Positions 58,701 through 64,000 of a DNA stretch of 64,000 nucleotides are shown here, in pieces. Position 1 is the first letter of the stretch. Each line of letters begins with the position of its first letter. Both the position numbers and the translations under genes were made by a program. Origin of the DNA: Candidatus Latescibacterota bacterium (lineage in GTDB: Bacteria; Latescibacterota; UBA2968; UBA8231). The notes below the pieces were generated by a model. That model made no database searches. It was not told where the DNA came from and was given only the letters and a program-made list of their open reading frames with translations. The stretch spans positions 992,001 through 1,056,000 of the forward strand of contig OY730476.1 in assembly GCA_963422735.1 (NCBI GenBank), given 5' to 3'.

Positions 58701-59991
58701 ATTTTCTGCCGACTTGCTCGTCCGCCAAGGACGCCTCATTGACCCGGCCAATGGTACAGATGCCCACTTGGACATCCTCATCCGCCAAGGAAAGATAGTC
58801 CAGTCGGCCCCCAACCTCCCAACACCTCCAGACGTGCCCGTCCTGATGGCCGCCGGTTTGGTCGTCGCCCCGGGTTTTATCGATATCCACACCCATCTCC
58901 GCGAACCGGGCTACGAACACAAGGAGACCATTCAGAGCGGCACCGCAGCGGCTGCGGCCGGCGGCATCTGCGCGGTGGCCGCCATGCCCAATACCAACCC
59001 TCCCCCCGACAGCAGCAACCACTTGCAACGAGCTCTGGAGCGAGTGCATACAGCCGCCGTGCGCTACTATCCAATCGCCTGTGTGACAGTGGGACGCCAA
59101 GGACGCGGCGCACTCGCCCCCCTCGCGGAATTGGCCGAATTAGGCGCGGTGGCCTTTTCCGACGACGGCGACCCAGTAGAAGACGAGGTTTTAATGCGTC
59201 GCGCCCTCGAAATCGCCCGCGACCTCGACCGGCCCATCTTCCCTCACGCAGAGGTCAAGTCGCTTACGGCCGGCGGCTGTATGCACGCAGGAGAAGTGGC
59301 AGCGAACCTCGGCGTCAAGGGCATGCCAGCAGCAGGTGAGGAGGAGATGGTCGCCCGCGATATAGAACTCGTCCGCCAGACCAGCGGCCCTCTGCACATC
59401 GCCCATGTCAGCACGGCCGGCACCGCGCAATTGGTCCGGCGCGCCAAGGCCGACGGCCTACCCGTGACCTGCGAAGTGCTGCCCCACCACTTCCTACTCA
59501 CCGACCGCGAGGTCGAGTGCCAAGGCACGGCCGCCAAGATGAGCCCTCCGTTGCGCGAGGCCGCCGATGTCGAGGCCATGCTCGCGGGGCTAGCCGATGG
59601 CACCATAGAGGTCATTGCGACCGACCATGCGCCGCATACGGCCGCGGAAAAAGCCCAATCCCTAACCCAAGCTCCCATGGGCATTGTCGGCCTAGAGACG
59701 GCCATCGGCCTCACCTTGACCTATTTGGTGGACCGCGTTTTGCCCCTGCACGAGGCCATCGCACGCTGGACTTGCCACCCGGCGCGCATCTTGCGCCTGC
59801 CTGGGGGCGCACTCACCCCGGGGATGCCTGGGGATCTAACCCTCCTCGACCTAGCACGCGAATGGGAGGTAGTCCCCGAGTACTTCCGCTCCAAATCGCG
59901 GAACACCCCTTTTGCCGGTTACTGCCTAAAGGGCAAGGCCGTGGCCACCATCGTCGGTGGCCAGATCGTCTATAGCGAATTGGCCGCTTAA
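58693..59991 (+). CDS. pyrC: Dihydroorotase
   Basis: DIHTHLREPG, MPNT, FSDDG, ATDHAPH and SRNTPF. Confidence 0.95.
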   Translation: MSKFSADLLVRQGRLIDPANGTDAHLDILIRQGKIVQSAPNLPTPPDVPVLMAAGLVVAPGFIDIHTHLREPGYEHKETIQSGTAAAAAGGICAVAAMPNTNPPPDSSNHLQRALERVHTAAVRYYPIACVTVGRQGRGALAPLAELAELGAVAFSDDGDPVEDEVLMRRALEIARDLDRPIFPHAEVKSLTAGGCMHAGEVAANLGVKGMPAAGEEEMVARDIELVRQTSGPLHIAHVSTAGTAQLVRRAKADGLPVTCEVLPHHFLLTDREVECQGTAAKMSPPLREAADVEAMLAGLADGTIEVIATDHAPHTAAEKAQSLTQAPMGIVGLETAIGLTLTYLVDRVLPLHEAIARWTCHPARILRLPGGALTPGMPGDLTLLDLAREWEVVPEYFRSKSRNTPFAGYCLKGKAVATIVGGQIVYSELAA

Positions 59992-61334
59992 TCGAGAGGC
60001 TTGAACGCGTCCGGCCAATGCTCAATTTCTGCGCCAGCGGCGCGCAGCCACACGGCGATCACGTCGAAGCGGCAGGCCACATCGGCCACGGTGGAGTATT
60101 GGATATAGTGCTGAGCGGCCCGCGCCAGACGCTGCCGCTTGGCGCGATCCACCCTTTGTTCGGGGCGGGACGCACGCTGGCTGGCCTTTACCTCGACAAA
60201 GACCAACTCGCCCATCTCTTCAGCCACCAAGTCGATCTCGCCCCCAGCGGCGCGATAGCGGCGCACCCGAATCCGATAGCCCCGTTCTTCCAGATAGGCC
60301 GCGGCCGCCGCTTCACCCCGCCGCCCGATATCCCCCAGTTTGTCGCGCTGCTCCCGATAGGCCCCTCTCAGGGCCGCTAGCTCGTCGGCCGTTAACTCGT
60401 CGGCGGCCTCTTTGACTAACTGTCCCAACCTCCCTAGCTCGGCGAGGTTGGCGCAGTCGTATATGCCCTCTTCAAAAGAGAGGAAAAGCTCCGAGCGCGG
60501 CTCGGCGACTCGCGCGGCCACTGGACCGAAACTGCGGCGGTGCAGCGGGCAAGGGCCATGGGCGTCAAGCGCGGCTAAGTGCGCGGCGCTGCCATAGCCC
60601 TTGTGCGCTGCAAAGCCGTATTCGGGATAGTGGGCATCGCATTCGCACATCAAGCGGTCGCGGTGTACCTTGGCCACGATCGAGGCAGCGGCAATCGACA
60701 GCGAGCGGGCGTCTCCGTCAATGATGGCTTGCTCGGGATAGGGGCTGCGCGCCGGCAGGTGCCCGTCGATCAGCACCCGGTCGGGCGGGGTACGCAAATT
60801 CTCCAGTGCCAAGCGCATAGCCTTGAGCGAGGCCTGCAGGATATTCAAGCTATCGATCTCCGCAGCCTCGACCTGCCCTATCCCCACGGATAGGGCCTTG
60901 GCCGCGATTTCCTCGTACAGGACTTCGCGCTGGGTCCGCGACAGCTTCTTGGAATCGTCGATCCTGTCTATGACACAGTCCGATGACAAGACGACGGCGG
61001 CGGCCACCACAGGCCCCGCCAAGCAGCCGCGCCCGACCTCATCAACACCGGCCACTCGGCGCACCCCCTGTGCCCAAAGGTGCCGTTCAAAATGCAGAAG
61101 TCGCTCGCGCCGCTGGGACTCCGCCTGCTCTCGCGCATCGCGCCGACGCCGCTCGACCACCAAGTGCCGGACGCCGACGCGGCGATCCTTTTCGAGCAAG
61201 GCCCAGCCCGGATCGCCGCTTTTCCACTCCGCCACTTGTGCGCGTATCTGGGCAATCGTCATTCCGGTGAGTTTGGTCGCGTCGTCGCGTTCGCAGGAAC
61301 GGCTCATACCGGCAGGCGTCTCATCTATTGACAT
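59988..61334 (-). CDS. rnhB: Ribonuclease HII fused to a C-terminal YraN (UPF0102) nuclease
   Basis: GVDEVGRG, DSKKL, IDG, IAAASIVAKV and HRRSF; helical linker; GRRGE...GEIDLV...VFVEVK...RFDV. Single ORF; start uncertain. Confidence 0.92.
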   Translation of the reverse strand: MSIDETPAGMSRSCERDDATKLTGMTIAQIRAQVAEWKSGDPGWALLEKDRRVGVRHLVVERRRRDAREQAESQRRERLLHFERHLWAQGVRRVAGVDEVGRGCLAGPVVAAAVVLSSDCVIDRIDDSKKLSRTQREVLYEEIAAKALSVGIGQVEAAEIDSLNILQASLKAMRLALENLRTPPDRVLIDGHLPARSPYPEQAIIDGDARSLSIAAASIVAKVHRDRLMCECDAHYPEYGFAAHKGYGSAAHLAALDAHGPCPLHRRSFGPVAARVAEPRSELFLSFEEGIYDCANLAELGRLGQLVKEAADELTADELAALRGAYREQRDKLGDIGRRGEAAAAAYLEERGYRIRVRRYRAAGGEIDLVAEEMGELVFVEVKASQRASRPEQRVDRAKRQRLARAAQHYIQYSTVADVACRFDVIAVWLRAAGAEIEHWPDAFKPLD

Positions 61335-61384
61335 AAGGTACCGACCTCGTATATTTGCGAAAAGCTACCAAGAGGAGCCTTAAC

Positions 61385-61969
61385 ATGAAGTGCTACACGG
61401 CGTTAGTTGCCTGCTTGTGCCTCGTTTTGCAACCCGTCATGGCCCTCGCAGAGACGGAACCGACACCTACCGCCGGGGCAGACACTCGACTCTATCTAGC
61501 CGATGGCAGCTTGGTGGAAGGCAATCTGGTTGAAAAGGCCCAAGATCTGGTCATCATGCGCATCAACGACAAGATCTTCACTTTCGACAAGACCGAAATC
61601 GATAAAATAATTACCCTCGGATCGCTGGGCGGAGGTGCCCAAACGATCTCGGCGACCGAGTTTCCCTACATCAGTTTCCTCGGAGGATCCCTTGCCTTCA
61701 GCCTGCTTTCTTGGCTGCAATTCGACCGGGCTTCCGACAACGAAACCGAAGCAACCCTCAACCGCTTACACGGCCAGCTAGCCCGCGCCCAAAAGCTCGA
61801 CGACAAAGCCGATCGCGCACGCCTCTATGGCTGGTCCACAGCCGTTCTCGCCGCCGGCAGCTTCGGGGTGGCTCTGATCCCGCGCAAAACCACCCGCCGC
61901 GTCTTTCCCGAACTCAGTTTCCGCGACGGCGAGCCGCGCATCGGCGTATCCTACGTCCATTCGTTCTGA
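61385..61969 (+). CDS. Hypothetical exported/membrane protein
   Basis: GAGGAG RBS, signal peptide, LxDGS-x-xEG motif and two hydrophobic segments. Confidence 0.7.
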   Translation: MKCYTALVACLCLVLQPVMALAETEPTPTAGADTRLYLADGSLVEGNLVEKAQDLVIMRINDKIFTFDKTEIDKIITLGSLGGGAQTISATEFPYISFLGGSLAFSLLSWLQFDRASDNETEATLNRLHGQLARAQKLDDKADRARLYGWSTAVLAAGSFGVALIPRKTTRRVFPELSFRDGEPRIGVSYVHSF

Positions 61970-62421
61970 GAGCCTTCCACACCCCTCAGGTGATGCACCA
62001 AAGCATCTAGCCCGAGCACGTAGCTAAAACTGCCAAACCCGACTATTTGCCCTAGACAAACGGGCGCAATAACCGAGTGCTGACGAAACGCCTCGCGGGC
62101 GTGGACATTGGACAGATGCACCTCGACGGTCGGCAATCCCTTGGCCACCACGGCGTCGCGCAGGGCAAGGCTATAGTGGGTGAAGGCACCCGGATTGAAA
62201 AGCAGGCCCTGTTCTTGGGCTTGATGCAGGGCGTTGATTAGCGCACCCTCGCAATTGGATTGGCGGCAGCGCACCTGCACCCCGAGCCGCTGCGCGTGAT
62301 CGGCGCTCAACGCGTTGATTGCAGCCAAGGTCTCCCGACCATATACTTCGGGTTCGCGCGTTCCCAGCAAGTTGAGATTGGGTCCGTGTAGAATTAGAAT
62401 GCTAGTCAAATTGATCTCCAC
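61951..62421 (-). CDS. aroQ: Type II 3-dehydroquinate dehydratase
   Basis: [26 protein letters not shown] and EVHLSN. Confidence 0.96.
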   Translation of the reverse strand: MEINLTSILILHGPNLNLLGTREPEVYGRETLAAINALSADHAQRLGVQVRCRQSNCEGALINALHQAQEQGLLFNPGAFTHYSLALRDAVVAKGLPTVEVHLSNVHAREAFRQHSVIAPVCLGQIVGFGSFSYVLGLDALVHHLRGVEGSQNEWT

Positions 62422-63283
62422 TATTTCGCGCTACCACGCAGATCCACGCCTCTCTTGCCAAGACTGTATCGACCTCTAATTTAGCTTGTGTGACCCAGTG
62501 GCAAAAAGCAGCTTCTTCCCGCACCAGCAAACCCGAAAACGCGATCTGTCCATCCGATGCCAACAAGCCGCACAAAGGGGTCAAAAGGGGCCGCAGTACG
62601 TGGCTTTGGATGTTGGCTAAGACTAAATCAAAGGGCCTTTCCGCGACTGCCTCCACCCCTCCCAGCCGCACCTCAACCCGCTCAGAGCCAATGCGGTTGT
62701 GCGCCAAGTTTTCTCGCGCATTGGTCACGGCCTTCTCGTCGATATCCACGGCGAGCACCGAACCTGCCCCCAGCAACGCAGCGGCAATGCTGAGAATGCC
62801 GCTGCCTGTCCCCAAGTCCAGACAGCGTGCCCCGGGGCACAGATAGCTCTCCAGCGCCTGCAAACAGAGCTGGGTTGATTCGTGAGCACCCGTGCCAAAG
62901 GCCATTTTGGGATCTATGCTCACGGCGATCTGGCCTTCGGCTATCTCAACCGGAATCCACGAAGGGTGGACGACGATTCGCTCGGTGGCCCACACCGGCG
63001 CAAAAAACTGCCGCCACTCGGCCTCCCAATCCTGTTCCTCCACGCATTCGGTGCCTATCGGCGACGCCAAGCCGAGCGCGGCGAGCCTATGCGTCAACTC
63101 GCGCCGAACTCCAGCCAAATCGCACATCGGCTCGGCCGCAAAGTACGCGCTCAACCGAGTTCTATCCTTCGATTCCTCAGCTTGGAGGCCGCAGCTACCC
63201 AGCTCGTACGCCCACGCGCTCACATCCTCGGCGCAAGCCGCAGGAACCTCTAGCCGCAAGCAGTGCCAAGCCCGTTTATTCAC
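62402..63283 (-). CDS. prmA: Ribosomal protein L11 methyltransferase
   Basis: [23 protein letters not shown] and LANI. Confidence 0.95.
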   Translation of the reverse strand: MNKRAWHCLRLEVPAACAEDVSAWAYELGSCGLQAEESKDRTRLSAYFAAEPMCDLAGVRRELTHRLAALGLASPIGTECVEEQDWEAEWRQFFAPVWATERIVVHPSWIPVEIAEGQIAVSIDPKMAFGTGAHESTQLCLQALESYLCPGARCLDLGTGSGILSIAAALLGAGSVLAVDIDEKAVTNARENLAHNRIGSERVEVRLGGVEAVAERPFDLVLANIQSHVLRPLLTPLCGLLASDGQIAFSGLLVREEAAFCHWVTQAKLEVDTVLAREAWICVVARNSGDQFD

Positions 63284-64000
63284 TGGTTTCCAAGCGACGC
63301 AACTGGGCGACTAGTCCTTCGGCAATTGCGGCAAAAAGGGGGTCGGGCGCGGCCCGTCCTTCATCCCCGCTCTGGCGGATTGTAGCCGATAGAGGCAGCG
63401 CACCCAAGAAGGGCAACCCCAACCGCTCCGCGGCCGCGGCCCCCCCACCGCATCCAAAGATCTCGTGGCGTTGGCCGCATTGGTTGCACAGGTAGTAGCT
63501 CATGTTTTCGACGATCCCGAGGATATCTACCTCGACCTTGGAAAACATGGCGATTCCACGCTCCACATCCTCCAAGGCCACGCTCTGCGGAGTGGTCACA
63601 ACCAAGGCACCAGACAGGGCCACAGCTTGGCTCAAGGTAAGCGGAACATCTCCGGTGCCGGGCGGCAGATCGATCAACAAATAGTCGAGCGGCCCCCATT
63701 CTACTTGGTTCAAAAACTGCTGCAACGCCCGCGCCAAGAGCGGCCCGCGCCAGACCACGGGCGCGTCCTCGCCCGCGATAAAACCAATCGACATCAGGGC
63801 GACCCCGGCCTTGTACACCGGGCGCATAGTACCTTGCATCCCGGTTGCGGGCTGCTGCCTGATACCCATCATCAAGGGAATGCTCGGGCCATAGATGTCG
63901 GCGTCGAGAAGGCCGACGCGAGCCCCTTGGGCCGCCAGACTCACGGCCAAGTTGATACTTACAGTTGATTTGCCCACGCCGCCCTTGGCGCTGGCAATCG
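63276..64000 (-). CDS. mrp: Mrp/NBP35/ApbC Fe-S carrier ATPase (5' end outside the window)
   Basis: ASAKGGVGKST, DADIYGPS, WRGP, DLPPGTGD and ENMSYYLCNQC. Confidence 0.93.
   Translation of the reverse strand, partial: IASAKGGVGKSTVSINLAVSLAAQGARVGLLDADIYGPSIPLMMGIRQQPATGMQGTMRPVYKAGVALMSIGFIAGEDAPVVWRGPLLARALQQFLNQVEWGPLDYLLIDLPPGTGDVPLTLSQAVALSGALVVTTPQSVALEDVERGIAMFSKVEVDILGIVENMSYYLCNQCGQRHEIFGCGGGAAAAERLGLPFLGALPLSATIRQSGDEGRAAPDPLFAAIAEGLVAQLRRLETSE

Noticed and set aside
1-64000. Impression that CTAG is unusually frequent for a GC-rich bacterium
   Set aside because: Not quantified; it needs an observed/expected tetranucleotide calculation before any claim.

Overview
GC-rich bacterial chromosomal window. 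An FCB-group lineage such as Latescibacterota or Gemmatimonadota, possibly host-associated, is my inference from the FlgD-Ig C-terminal domain, the paralogous orphan carbohydrate-enzyme-like families and the many pseudogenes. Core blocks: a reduced dcw cluster (mraZ-rsmH-ftsL-ftsI-murE-murF-ftsW-murC-ftsQ-ftsA-ftsZ, with no mraY/murD/murG/murB/ddl) running into purE-kptA-glnB-glnE; a sulfur/Fe-S block (yyaL-cysK, then MerR-iscA-iscS-moeB-trmB); rplM-rpsI-rpsB-tsf-frr; ispDF, queA, ecfA, pyrC, an rnhB-yraN fusion, aroQ, prmA and mrp; and one tRNA-Ala(TGC). Accessory regions (about 1-9 kb and 35.9-48.5 kb) hold sugar-catabolic genes and four decayed defence/addiction modules. The most striking pattern seen directly in the sequence occurs at two independent loci. 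There, foreign cargo sits just after the stop codon of a resident gene, and a diverged copy of that gene's own 3' end, internally deleted or truncated, lies on the far side of the cargo. At 42.1-44.4 kb this gives three stacked tails, and no integrase is visible in the window, suggesting a 3'-end gene-capture process. Other leads: a Cys-rich MerR regulator with a palindromic operator occupying the IscR position, an RNase HII-YraN fusion, a sigma54-driven SSB lacking its tail, and an FtsA missing part of subdomain 2B. All alignments were done by eye; no database searches were run.
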